A stretch of 64,000 nt of DNA from an uncultured delta proteobacterium (GTDB lineage: Bacteria > Myxococcota_A > Polyangia > Fen-1088). The DNA lies in assembly GCA_963737265.1 (NCBI GenBank), contig CAVTRY010000006.1:75752-139751 (forward strand), in the 5' to 3' direction. The position numbers and the translations under genes are program-made. This document shows, in pieces, positions 1 through 9,587 of this stretch (positions within the stretch are counted from its first letter, which is position 1; every line of letters starts with the position of its first letter). The notes under the pieces were generated by a model. That model was not told where the DNA came from, did no database searches, and worked only from the letters and a program-made list of their open reading frames with translations.

Positions 1-294
1 AAGGCCGGTAGCGTGATCTCGCAGAGCGTGACCGAGGGCGGAGAGATCCGGGTGGGAAACGCCATCGACCTCGTCGTCTCCAAGGGCGCGGCGATGATCC
101 CCGTGCCAAGTGTGGTCGGCCGCTCGCTCGCCAAGGCAAAGGACGAGCTGCAAAAGACCGGCTTCACCGTGGGAAACCTGCGATCACGGGAAGATGACGA
201 CCACAGTGACGGCGTGATTCTGGAGCAGAATCCAGCCGCCAATCAGCGGGCCGCCAAGGGCTCGGCCGTGGACTTGGTCGTCAATAGGACCTAG
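1..294 (+). CDS. PASTA-domain protein, C-terminal part (5' end outside window)
   Basis: Frame open from base 1; PASTA pattern VPSVVGRSLAKAKDELQKTGF...GVILEQNPAAN...GSAVDLVV, preceded by a second partial repeat. Confidence 0.85.
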   Translation, partial: KAGSVISQSVTEGGEIRVGNAIDLVVSKGAAMIPVPSVVGRSLAKAKDELQKTGFTVGNLRSREDDDHSDGVILEQNPAANQRAAKGSAVDLVVNRT

Positions 295-312
295 ATCCGT
301 CCGGCGGCGGCG

Positions 313-1824
313 TCACGCCGGGTCCTGGCCTGCGACGACGAGATTGCGCCCGCCGCGCTTGGCTGCGTAGAGCGCTGCATCGACATTCGCCAGCAGAGCT
401 TCGCCGCTCGCCTGGGAGCCAGGCTGCAAAGTGGCGTGGCCGGCGGAAGCGGTAATGTGCAGCACCGAGCCATTGCCGATGTCGTGGATGGCTTCAGCCA
501 AGCGGCGGCGCAGGCGCTCGGCAACCACCGCCGCGCCGGGCGCGTCGGTGTCGGGCAACAGCAAGACGAATTCCTCGCCGCCGTAGCGTGCGGTGATGTC
601 GCTCGGTCGCATGCGGCCGCCCAGCGCCTTGGCAACCCCGGCCAGCACCTTGTCGCCGGCCTGGTGACCGTAGTTGTCGTTCACCAGCTTGAAGTGATCG
701 ATGTCGAACAGAATCAGACTTAGCGGCGATCCCTTGAGCTTCGCCTGCGCCATCTTCTCGGCGAACATCTGATCGAAGTACGCGCGGTTGTAAAGCCCGG
801 TCAGTCCATCGCGCTGGACCTCCTGTTCGAGATGTCTCGTCTTGGCTTCGAGCGAGCCGATGGCCTCCTGGGCGTCGCTGGCCTGCCGGTTGGCGGCCAG
901 GGCGAGAATCAGCAGGGTTTCCTTGGCCTGATCCAGTATGGCTGACAGATCCTCGGGCGAACCGATATCGAGGTCGAAATAGGCGGCGACCTCTTCGCTT
1001 TGCTTCGCCACCCGCCGCAGGGTCGCATCCAACTTCTGGTCGTCGATTTGCAGCAGCCGCGAGGACGAGCGCCGCAACGTCCGGGTCGCGCCGGCCGCGT
1101 CCTCCTCGATCCACACGTCTGCAACCGCGCCCGAAACCGCCACCAAGCGCGCAAGCTGCGCGACGTCCCGGTGGGTACCTTCAGGCAGGCTCTCGGGCGC
1201 GTGGCTCGCGGCGATGGCGTTGCACAGGGTCGCGGGGAGCTTCCAACGCTCGGCCATCCAGGCGCCGATGGCGGCATGATCTTCGCCGAACATCTTGTGC
1301 TCGCTCTCGGCGAGCACGGCGTGGCTTGCGCCAGGCCGCGCGATGGCGGCATAGTCGGAGCCCGCCAGCTGGCGCAGCGCCAGGACGCCAATGTCTTGCA
1401 AAAGCGCGCCCATAAACGCCTCCTCGCCGAGGCGAAAATTCGTAGTCAAGGCCAGCTCGCGCGCCGCCACCGCCGAGAGCAACGAGCGCTTCCAAAACCA
1501 TGTGAGTGCCTTCTTGTCGCGGGTCTGCAAGCCCTTGACCAAGGAGAACGACAGGGCCAGCGGACGCACCGCCGACAGGCCGAGCAGACAAATGGCGTGA
1601 GAAACCGTGCGCACCTCGCACTTGAGACCGTACATCGGCGAGTTGGTTAGACGCAGAATCTTGGCCGACAGCGCCGGGTCGCTGGCGATCAGCTTGGCGA
1701 TCTCGCCCATGTCCGGTTCATCGCGCTGGCACAGGTCCAGAATCTGGATGGCAACCGCCGGCATGCTGGGCAGATCGGCACACCTCGCGAGTTTTTCCCG
1801 GATGGCGCTACTCATGGCAGTCAC
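313..1824 (-). CDS. HDOD-GGDEF diguanylate cyclase
   Basis: N-terminal HDOD (LPSMP, DPALSAKILRLTNS, WKLP); DGLTGLYNR; intact GGEEF with RxxD I-site (RPSD); alternative ATG at 1815. Confidence 0.93.
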   Translation of the reverse strand: MTAMSSAIREKLARCADLPSMPAVAIQILDLCQRDEPDMGEIAKLIASDPALSAKILRLTNSPMYGLKCEVRTVSHAICLLGLSAVRPLALSFSLVKGLQTRDKKALTWFWKRSLLSAVAARELALTTNFRLGEEAFMGALLQDIGVLALRQLAGSDYAAIARPGASHAVLAESEHKMFGEDHAAIGAWMAERWKLPATLCNAIAASHAPESLPEGTHRDVAQLARLVAVSGAVADVWIEEDAAGATRTLRRSSSRLLQIDDQKLDATLRRVAKQSEEVAAYFDLDIGSPEDLSAILDQAKETLLILALAANRQASDAQEAIGSLEAKTRHLEQEVQRDGLTGLYNRAYFDQMFAEKMAQAKLKGSPLSLILFDIDHFKLVNDNYGHQAGDKVLAGVAKALGGRMRPSDITARYGGEEFVLLLPDTDAPGAAVVAERLRRRLAEAIHDIGNGSVLHITASAGHATLQPGSQASGEALLANVDAALYAAKRGGRNLVVAGQDPA

Positions 1825-1924
1825 TTAGAGACTTCGGTGGTATTGCGAGGGTTCTAAAGCAGGTGGGGAGCCGGTGGGACAGCCCACTGTGCGCGTCGGC
1901 GCAGGCGAGCTATGCTCCACCCCG

Positions 1925-3175
1925 ATGACCAACCCACAGATCAACGCCGAGCAGATTCACTTCCTGCGTCAGCTGCGCCTGTTTCTCGAAGAGATCTGCT
2001 GCGAGATCTGCCGGTTCGAGGTCGTCGGCCATCACGACTTGGGGGCCGAGAACGTGGAGATCTCGCGCGAAGTCGATCTGGGCGTCACCGGCGCGTTCGC
2101 GGATGTGGTGGTGCGCGCGCCTGGTCGTGCCCCATTCTTCGTCGAGGTCAAGTTCGGCTACGCCAGCGACCGCATGGTGGAACACTTCACCCGCAAATAC
2201 CACCAACCATCGCCCACGGTGCCGGATGCGGATCGCGTGATCGTCGTCGTCGACCGCACCGACCGTTCTGATTGGTCGCTGCTGGAATCCCGCCTGCGCA
2301 AGGTCACGCGCAGGGAGTTGAAGCTCGAGTTCTGGGATGAACACCGCCTGCAGGAGCTCGTCGCCGCTTGCTTCGGCCTGAAACTCGGCGCAATGACCAC
2401 CGGCGGTTTGTCCGAGCTGCGCAATGCCATCGACGATATCAAGTGGAAATGGGCGTTCGGCGAGAGTCACGTCGAAAGCCCGCTCAAGACGTCGCTGCTG
2501 TGGCACTTCGGCTACTCGCGCCTGCTGCAATTGCACAAGGTGCACAAGTTTGCGCCCGAACAAATCCTTCCGCCACGCCGCTTTCGCAACGCCGTGGTCA
2601 TGCTGGCCGACCTGTCGTCGTTTTCGAGCTTCGTGCGCGACACGCGCGACGACGAAGTCATGCGCAACGCCTTGACCACGTTCTATTCCAATTCGCGCTA
2701 CGCCGTCATCAACTCGGGCGGCATGATGTCGCAGTTCGTGGGCGACGAGGTCGTGGCCCTGTTCGGCGTGCCCGACGTGCAGGACGGTTACGGCAAGCGC
2801 GCCCTCGATTGCGCACGATCCCTGCTGCAAATCGGCAGCTCGGTTTCGAACCGCTGGCAGCGCGAGATCGATCGCATTCAACCTTCGGGTGGCGTGCACA
2901 TCGGCATGGCCATGGGCGACATCCAGTCCGTGCTCTACCGGCCCTTTTGCAGCAGCCACGTCGGCATCGTGGGCGACGCCGTCAATCTGGCCGCGCGCCT
3001 GCTCGCCCAGGCGTCGACCCACGAAATCGTCGTGTCCAACACCTATCTACAGACGCTACCCGATCGCGACCAGAGCGGCTTTCAGGAAATGGAGCCGCTC
3101 GAGGCCAAGAACGTCGGTCTCATCAAGGCGTGGAAGCTGCATCAACAGTCGAGCTACTCCACACGCGGGGCGTGA
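1925..3175 (+). CDS. Class III nucleotidyl cyclase with N-terminal PD-(D/E)XK/Mrr-like domain
   Basis: Cyclase motifs VMLADLSSF, FVGDEVVALFG, GDAVNLAARL; N-terminal ADVVV...FVEVK and EFWDEHRLQELV; ATG 1925 preferred over GTG 1874. Confidence 0.85.
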   Translation: MTNPQINAEQIHFLRQLRLFLEEICCEICRFEVVGHHDLGAENVEISREVDLGVTGAFADVVVRAPGRAPFFVEVKFGYASDRMVEHFTRKYHQPSPTVPDADRVIVVVDRTDRSDWSLLESRLRKVTRRELKLEFWDEHRLQELVAACFGLKLGAMTTGGLSELRNAIDDIKWKWAFGESHVESPLKTSLLWHFGYSRLLQLHKVHKFAPEQILPPRRFRNAVVMLADLSSFSSFVRDTRDDEVMRNALTTFYSNSRYAVINSGGMMSQFVGDEVVALFGVPDVQDGYGKRALDCARSLLQIGSSVSNRWQREIDRIQPSGGVHIGMAMGDIQSVLYRPFCSSHVGIVGDAVNLAARLLAQASTHEIVVSNTYLQTLPDRDQSGFQEMEPLEAKNVGLIKAWKLHQQSSYSTRGA

Positions 3176-3184
3176 CGAGCCCGG

Positions 3185-3706
3185 CTATTTCGCCTCTTTC
3201 GCAATCACGCCGCAGGCGATGCGTTCGCCTGCGTTGCCGGCCGGGTCGGTCTTCATATCGTCGGCCTTGGCGTGAATGACCAACGCGGTTCCGCCGTTGC
3301 TGTAGAGCGAATGGGCGTCGGTCCCGAGATTCACGCTCTTGTTGACAATGGTCGCCTTGGCATTGCCCTTGTCGTCCGCAGTGAAGTTGAGCATGTCCCC
3401 GGCGTGACAGCCCTCCGGATTCTCCAGCCCGTGCTTCTTCCCGTCGGGATTGAAGTGCGGGCCAGCGGACTTGAAATCCGGAGCGTCGCATTTCGCGTTC
3501 TGATGAAAGTGAATGGCGTGCTCGCCGGGCGTGAGCCCGCGAAGATTCAGCTTCAGCTCCACGCCGGTGGCGATGGATTTGATCTTGACGGTTCCCATGC
3601 CCTTGCCCTTGGCGTCTTTGACATCGACCGTGATTGCACTTCCCTTGGCCATGCTTGTGGCTGACACAAGAGAGAATAGAGACAACAGCAGGATGGTTTT
3701 GCGCAT
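3185..3706 (-). CDS. sodC: Cu/Zn superoxide dismutase, secreted
   Basis: Signal peptide; HAIHFH, SAGPHFNP, HAGDMLN, ALVIHAKADD, GNAGERIACG. Confidence 0.93.
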   Translation of the reverse strand: MRKTILLLSLFSLVSATSMAKGSAITVDVKDAKGKGMGTVKIKSIATGVELKLNLRGLTPGEHAIHFHQNAKCDAPDFKSAGPHFNPDGKKHGLENPEGCHAGDMLNFTADDKGNAKATIVNKSVNLGTDAHSLYSNGGTALVIHAKADDMKTDPAGNAGERIACGVIAKEAK

Positions 3707-3777
3707 GATGCGCGATTTTAGCGCCGATAGTGCCCGCGTCCACCGCGGCACTGCCAAGCTACCTTCCGGAGACAGGC

Positions 3778-6168
3778 TTATTCGACGACCAAGGCGTTGA
3801 ACGTGGCCAAAAGCCCACGGCAGGCATCTAGGGCGGCGAGCTCACTCGGCCGCCTGACCGCCGCCCGACCGCCGCCCTGCGCCGCGAGATCCCGCGCGGC
3901 TCGCATGAAATCGTTCGCCCCTGAAATGCGCCCGATTTCCTGCGGGTTACGCCCGGCGTAGTCGAGAAACGCTTGCTGGTATTCATCGAGCTTGGCGCGG
4001 CGCTGGTCGATGCCCAACCCGCCGGGCGCCCTGAGGCCGCGGACCCAAGACTGCCCCGCCAAGGCCAGCCTGCGCATGTGCCACGCCGCCCGGCGTCCGT
4101 CGCCGGTTCCTTCTTGCGCCAGCTCTTGCATCTGCCACGCCGTGCGCGCCGCGAGAAATTCGCCGCGAAACGTCGCCGTCGTCCGGCCGACAGACTCGAT
4201 CTTTTGGCCGGCCTGAATCGCCGCGAGGTACGCTTCAGCCGCCGCCTGCAACCCGGCCATCGCGGGCTCCGTCGCCGCCGCCTCGCGCACCAGGCGCTGA
4301 CACTCGGCGAACTCGCCTCCGCGCAGACGGGCGCGACCGCCTTTCTTGGCTTCGCCATTCGCATCGGCGATGAGGCCAAGGCACGCGGCGAAGCCGGCGA
4401 GCTTGGCAAATGCGCGATCGATTTCGCCGGCTGGGCGCGCAACGTCGGGGAAGCCGGCGGCCAGCTCGGCCGGCAACGGCTCGGGATCGGCGGGACTCGG
4501 CAACGGCAGAATGTGGCCAAGGCGGACCGACAATTTCAAGTCGGCCTTGGCGGCGAAGGAAAAGCGCCGGGTCACCCGTCCCGTCGCCGCGGCGTTGAGC
4601 ACATGCGGCACTCCGGACTCCAGCGAGAGCTCGCCCTTCGCGACCGGGATGTGGTCGATCTGCACGCTGGCATCGGCCGGCTCCACCGTCAGAAGCACCC
4701 TGGTGGCTCCGCCCCGCCGCGCGAGCAGGCGGCTGCCCTCGCCGCCTGGATGCAAGGTGCTGTACGCAACCCGCGCACCGACGAGAAGTACCAGCAGAAT
4801 GCCTGCCTTGACCAGCCGCGATCGCGTACGCCGCGAAAATACCTGTTCCGGTGCCAGCGTGCCCTCGTTCGGCGCCACCACGTGCGGCCGAGGCGGCGCG
4901 TCCAGCTCGAGCGGAGGCGGGTCGGAGCTGGCGGGCGTCCAAGGGTGAGCCACGGGAGATCCTGCCGCTCTCGGCCAGTCGGTATCGTCGGCCAGCGAGG
5001 GCGACATCGCTCTATCCGGCGGCGGCGCGAACGGATCTTCGCCCGGCAAGACGCGTCGCGTCCTGTCTCCGGCTGGCCTGCTGGGCGGAGCGACTTCGAG
5101 CAAGCCAATCGGCGCGGTCCCGTCGTCGCCCTGGTCGCTTGACGACGACGAAACACGCAGCGGATCCCCGATGGAGGCGGAGGCGAGCATGGGCGCCGGG
5201 GTCGCATCCTCGCTGCCACCTGAAATCGCCTCGCGCATCGCGGCCGCGGTCGGAAAGCGCTTCGCGATGTCGCGGTCGAGCGCGCGTACGATGGCGGCCT
5301 CCAGTGCGGCCGGAATGTCGGGTCGCAGACTGCGCGGCGGCGGATACTTGCCATCGAGTAGCCCGCACAGGATTTGCGCACACCCCTCGCCGACGAAGGG
5401 CGTGCGGCCACACAGCATCTCGTAAAGAACGACGCCGGCGGAATAGATGTCCGTGCGGTGGTCGATGAGCGACGCTTGGCCGATGGCTTGCTCGGGCGAC
5501 ATGTAGAGCGGCGTGCCGAGGATCGCGCCGACCATGGTGCCGGCAACCTTCGCCGTCGCCGCCGGACTGGATCCCTGCGGTCGCATCACCTTGGAAATGC
5601 CGAAGTCGACGATCTTGACGAAGTTGGGTCGGTCGTCGCTGTTGATGACGAAGATGTTGTCGGGCTTGAGATCGCGATGGACGATGCCGTTCTTGTGCGC
5701 GGCCGACAGCCCGCCCAGCACTTGGGCCATGAGGTGAACCGCGAGCGGAACAGGAAGGCGTGGCGTTTTCTGGAGGATGGAAGCCAGCGGCTCGCCGTCG
5801 AGCAACTCCATCACCATGAAGAGAAGACCATCGGAGGTGCGGCCGAGGTCGAAGACGTCGACGATGTGGGGATGGCCGATGGCACTGGCGGCGCGCGCCT
5901 CGCGCTCGAAGCGAGCCCCGAGCTGGGGGTCGGCGAGGATCTCTTGCAGCAGGGTCTTGATCGCTACGCGCCGGCCGAGCGCCACATGCAGGGCTTCGTA
6001 AACCACGCCCATGGCTCCGCGACCCAGCTCGCGCCCGATCTGGTACTTGCCATCCAGCAGCTCGCCGATGGCAAGCGCGGCCGGGCGATTGGTCGCCATC
6101 GCCAGTCCCGTGATGGGACAGACGCTGGTTTCCCTGGGGTGCGGGTTACCGCAATGCGGACATGCCAC
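3778..6168 (-). CDS. Membrane Ser/Thr protein kinase (N-terminal Zn-ribbon, TM, PEGA-like and helical extracellular domains)
   Basis: CPHCG...CPITG; [31 protein letters not shown]; hydrophobic AGILLVLLVGA segment. Confidence 0.92.
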   Translation of the reverse strand: MACPHCGNPHPRETSVCPITGLAMATNRPAALAIGELLDGKYQIGRELGRGAMGVVYEALHVALGRRVAIKTLLQEILADPQLGARFEREARAASAIGHPHIVDVFDLGRTSDGLLFMVMELLDGEPLASILQKTPRLPVPLAVHLMAQVLGGLSAAHKNGIVHRDLKPDNIFVINSDDRPNFVKIVDFGISKVMRPQGSSPAATAKVAGTMVGAILGTPLYMSPEQAIGQASLIDHRTDIYSAGVVLYEMLCGRTPFVGEGCAQILCGLLDGKYPPPRSLRPDIPAALEAAIVRALDRDIAKRFPTAAAMREAISGGSEDATPAPMLASASIGDPLRVSSSSSDQGDDGTAPIGLLEVAPPSRPAGDRTRRVLPGEDPFAPPPDRAMSPSLADDTDWPRAAGSPVAHPWTPASSDPPPLELDAPPRPHVVAPNEGTLAPEQVFSRRTRSRLVKAGILLVLLVGARVAYSTLHPGGEGSRLLARRGGATRVLLTVEPADASVQIDHIPVAKGELSLESGVPHVLNAAATGRVTRRFSFAAKADLKLSVRLGHILPLPSPADPEPLPAELAAGFPDVARPAGEIDRAFAKLAGFAACLGLIADANGEAKKGGRARLRGGEFAECQRLVREAAATEPAMAGLQAAAEAYLAAIQAGQKIESVGRTTATFRGEFLAARTAWQMQELAQEGTGDGRRAAWHMRRLALAGQSWVRGLRAPGGLGIDQRRAKLDEYQQAFLDYAGRNPQEIGRISGANDFMRAARDLAAQGGGRAAVRRPSELAALDACRGLLATFNALVVE

Positions 6169-6348
6169 GAAGCGAGAATATCAGCAGGCTGCGCACCTGT
6201 CAGGAAGCCGCCCGCCATTGCACCCACCTTTGCACCGTCTTTGCGAGCGTTCAAAGCCCAACACTTGAGGTGGTGAAATCTCAACACTTACCGATTTCCC
6301 CCCGCGGTCGGGCGAGTGTTTCCGTCTAGTTAGGCCAGGATCTCCGTC

Positions 6349-6364
6349 TGGCGCGCGCCTTGCT
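6349..6364 (+). promoter_or_regulatory. Putative sigma54 (-24/-12) promoter
   Basis: TGGCGCG-CGCC-TTGCT matches TGGCACG-N4-TTGCW with exact spacing, just upstream of the HAD gene. Confidence 0.5.
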
Positions 6365-6380
6365 GCATTGCCTGGCTGTC

Positions 6381-7142
6381 ATGGAAGCCACCCTCGAAGC
6401 CGGTAGCGAACACACGACGGCACTACGGCAAAGCAATCGAAGCACCGCCGCCTCGCGGCAGCGCGAGATGTCGACCCTGGCTCTGCCCAAGGTTCTGCTG
6501 TGCGACCTCGATGGAACGCTAGTCGATACCATGCCCGTGCTGGCCGACCTGGCGACGGAAGTCATGGTTGGGTTGTATGGCATTCCCAAGCCGCTGGCGC
6601 GCGAGCTGTACCTGGCCACCTGCGGCCTGCCTTTCATCGCCCAGCTTGAAGACATTTTTCCGGGCGATGTTCGCAATCGCGAGGCCTCGGATTTGTTCGA
6701 GGACAGCAAGCCGGCCCGCTGCGGCTCCGCGCGCATGCCGGCCGACACGCTAGCGGCCCTCGCCGATCTCAAGCGGCGCGGTGTGCGCATCGCGGTTTCA
6801 TCGAACAACGGCCGCAAGAATGTCGAAGCCTTCGCCAGCGGCGCCGACTTCTCGTTCGATCTCGTCATGGGCTACGGCAACGGCCTGTCCAAGGGCCGGC
6901 CGCACGTGCAAATGGTCGAGCGCGCCTTTGGCGTGGGTCGCGGCGAAATGATGTTCATCGGCGACTCGCTCCACGACGGCGAGATCGCCATCGTCGAGGG
7001 TTTGGCCTTCGTGGGCGTGGCCGGTACGTTCTCGAAAGAGAGTTTTCTGCTCCGCTTTCCGGGCGTTGCGGTGGTGCATCGCTTCGCCGAGCTGCTCGAT
7101 CTGTTCGAGAGCAAGGTGGCGGTGGCCACGGCTGGTTACTAG
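6381..7142 (+). CDS. HAD-superfamily hydrolase/phosphatase
   Basis: Motif I DLDGT, motif II SSNN, K in LSKG, motif IV GDSLHD; start could be 6381 or 6468. Confidence 0.88.
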   Translation: MEATLEAGSEHTTALRQSNRSTAASRQREMSTLALPKVLLCDLDGTLVDTMPVLADLATEVMVGLYGIPKPLARELYLATCGLPFIAQLEDIFPGDVRNREASDLFEDSKPARCGSARMPADTLAALADLKRRGVRIAVSSNNGRKNVEAFASGADFSFDLVMGYGNGLSKGRPHVQMVERAFGVGRGEMMFIGDSLHDGEIAIVEGLAFVGVAGTFSKESFLLRFPGVAVVHRFAELLDLFESKVAVATAGY

Positions 7143-7162
7143 GCCGCACCCCTGGGCGCAGC

Positions 7163-7891
7163 ATGGACGTCGTTCTGCTGGCAGCCGGGCTGGGAAGCCG
7201 ACTCGGCTCGCTCACTCGGGATCTGCCCAAGGCTCTGATCGAGGTGGGTGGGCGGTCGCTGCTGCTCCACGCCCTATCGTTCGCGCGCAGGCTTCGTCCT
7301 TCGCGCATCGTCGTCGTGGGTGGCTTCTGCTTTCCCTTGCTGCGCCTGGCGCTGGCCGAGTTTCGCGGCGGCGATACGCCGCCCATCGAATTGGTTGAGA
7401 ACACCCACTTCCGCGACGGCAATTTGGTTTCGCTCTTGACCGCCAAGCCGCTCGTTTCCGAAGGCTTTCTCGTCATGAACGTGGACCACATCTACCGGCC
7501 CAGCATCGCCGCCGTGGTGGCTCCGGAAGTCGCCGAGGTGACCGCCTTTATCGACACCGACCGCAAGCTCGGCGACGACGATATGAAAGTCGAGCGGGGC
7601 GGCGACGGCCGGGTCGTGGCGATCGCGAAGACGCTGGCCAAATTCGACTGTGGCTATGTGGGCATGACCCGCGTGCCGGGCGCGCTGCTTGAGCGCTATT
7701 TTCTGGAAGCCGATCGCGCGCTGGCCGAAGAAGGCCCCGCCATCCACGTTGAACGGATCTTGGCCCGCTTGGCGAAGACCGTCGCCGCCCCCAGTTGCCG
7801 AGACATCAGCGGCCACGGCTGGCTGGAGGTCGACACCCCAGTCGAGCGCGCGGCCGCGGAAGCCAGGCTGGCTTCGGCCGGTTGGGCGTAA
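7163..7891 (+). CDS. Nucleotidyltransferase (phosphocholine cytidylyltransferase/LicC-like)
   Basis: LLAAGLGSRL...PKAL, MNVDH, DDMKV, WLEVDTP. Confidence 0.85.
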   Translation: MDVVLLAAGLGSRLGSLTRDLPKALIEVGGRSLLLHALSFARRLRPSRIVVVGGFCFPLLRLALAEFRGGDTPPIELVENTHFRDGNLVSLLTAKPLVSEGFLVMNVDHIYRPSIAAVVAPEVAEVTAFIDTDRKLGDDDMKVERGGDGRVVAIAKTLAKFDCGYVGMTRVPGALLERYFLEADRALAEEGPAIHVERILARLAKTVAAPSCRDISGHGWLEVDTPVERAAAEARLASAGWA

Positions 7892-7921
7892 GGCGCCGCG
7901 CGTGGTAATCCACGCTCACGC

Positions 7922-9196
7922 ATGAACGTGCCTTCGCAAACGCTCTGGTATCCCTACGCGCAGATGCTCGGCCTCGAGATCCAGAACGAGGTCGTGCGCG
8001 CGCACGGAGTGGAGCTCCACCTTCGCGACGGGCGAATTCTCATCGACGCCATCGCGAGCTGGTGGTGCGTGATCCACGGCTACAACCATCCCGAGCTGAA
8101 TGCGGCGCTGCAGGCGCAAATGGACGATTTCGCCCACGTCATGCTCGGCGGCCTCACCCACGCGCCCGCGCAGCGTCTGGCCGATCGATTGGTGGCGCTG
8201 GCGTCGCCGGGGCTGGCGCACGTATTCTTTGCCGACTCGGGGTCCGTGGGCATGGAAGTGGCCATGAAAATGGCGGTGCAGTACTGGAAGAACCTCGGCG
8301 TGCCGGGCAAACACGCCTTCCTGTCGCTCCGCCACGCCTACCACGGCGACACCACCGGCGTGATGAGCCTCGGCGATCCCGACGATGGCATGCATCGGCT
8401 ATTCGCCGGCTTTCTGCCCCGACAACACTTCGTTGCGCCGCCGGAAGGAATGGGCAAGGGACGCGGTGAAATCCGCCGCTCGGTCGACGAAGCCCTCGTC
8501 GAGCTGCGAACCACACTGGCCCAGCGCGGGCACGAAATCGCCGCCTTCGCCTGCGAGCCCCTTTTGCAAGGCGCCGGCGGTTTCAATTTCTATCCGCCGA
8601 GCTATCTGACCCAAGCACGCCGCCTGTGCGACCAGCACGACGTGCTCCTCGTCTGCGACGAAGTGGCGACCGGGTTCGGCCGCACTGGCACCCTGTTCGC
8701 CTGCGAGCAGGCCGGCATCACCCCGGACATCCTGGTGTTGGCCAAGGGCCTCACTGCCGGCTACCTCGGGTTGTCGGCCACCCTGGCCACCCATCGCGTG
8801 TTCCAGGCGTTCCTGGGTGACGGCCAGGCCAAAGCGTTCATGCACGGGCCGACGTTTATGGGCAATGCCCTGGCCTGCGCCGTGGCCCTGGCGAGCATCC
8901 ACATTTTCGAGCGCGACGGCTATCTGGCCAAGATCCACCGCATCGAGGACATTCTGCGTGAAGAGCTGCTTGATCTGCGCGCGCCCGCCATTCGCGAAAC
9001 ACGCGTTTTCGGAGCATGCGGCGTCGTCGAGGTTCACGACCCGTCCGCGTGGCAAGGCATTCAAGACTTCGCAGCCAGGCGCGGGGTGTGGCTGCGCCCC
9101 TTCGACAAAGTGGTCTACACCATGCCCGCGTATGTGATTGACGAGCCCAGTCTGCGCCGCGTTTGCCAAACCATGCGCGCCTGGTTTGGCGGCTAA
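7922..9196 (+). CDS. bioA: Adenosylmethionine-8-amino-7-oxononanoate aminotransferase
   Basis: LWYPYAQM, DAIASWWCVIHG, YHGDT, DEVATGFGRTG, PLP Lys in LAKGLTAGY, FMHGPTFMGN. Confidence 0.93.
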   Translation: MNVPSQTLWYPYAQMLGLEIQNEVVRAHGVELHLRDGRILIDAIASWWCVIHGYNHPELNAALQAQMDDFAHVMLGGLTHAPAQRLADRLVALASPGLAHVFFADSGSVGMEVAMKMAVQYWKNLGVPGKHAFLSLRHAYHGDTTGVMSLGDPDDGMHRLFAGFLPRQHFVAPPEGMGKGRGEIRRSVDEALVELRTTLAQRGHEIAAFACEPLLQGAGGFNFYPPSYLTQARRLCDQHDVLLVCDEVATGFGRTGTLFACEQAGITPDILVLAKGLTAGYLGLSATLATHRVFQAFLGDGQAKAFMHGPTFMGNALACAVALASIHIFERDGYLAKIHRIEDILREELLDLRAPAIRETRVFGACGVVEVHDPSAWQGIQDFAARRGVWLRPFDKVVYTMPAYVIDEPSLRRVCQTMRAWFGG

Positions 9197-9215
9197 TGAT
9201 GGCGATCTCCAGACG

Positions 9216-9587
9216 CTATCGCTTCGGGGAGAAGCGTCTAACGATGCGATCCAGATCCGAGCTGTGGAACAGGTCAATGCACTTCATCGTCTGCAGGGGC
9301 TGCCCCGACAAGCTGAGATACTTGTGGACCAGAAATTCGTCGGCGAGCTTCGCGATCTCGGCGTAGGCGTCGGCACTCACGGATCCGCGTTCGAGATATC
9401 CTGCCGCGCTCGCGCTAGCATCGGGGTCCAGCGGCGACCCCGGGAAGGCCTGGCTGAGGCACCTCGCAAGGGCGTAGTTTCTGAGAAGATCCGCCTGCGA
9501 GTACTTCCGAGCGACGAACCGTTCCACATCCGCCGGTGCCGTCGCCATCGAAAAGACGAAGGCCATCGCCGCGACCAAGGCCCGCAT
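9216..9587 (-). CDS. tai4: Type VI amidase immunity protein (Tai4 family)
   Basis: Signal peptide; YALARCLSQAF...DASASAAGYLE...KY...TMKCIDLFHS; ATG overlaps the tae4 stop (TGATG). Confidence 0.85.
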   Translation of the reverse strand: MRALVAAMAFVFSMATAPADVERFVARKYSQADLLRNYALARCLSQAFPGSPLDPDASASAAGYLERGSVSADAYAEIAKLADEFLVHKYLSLSGQPLQTMKCIDLFHSSDLDRIVRRFSPKR

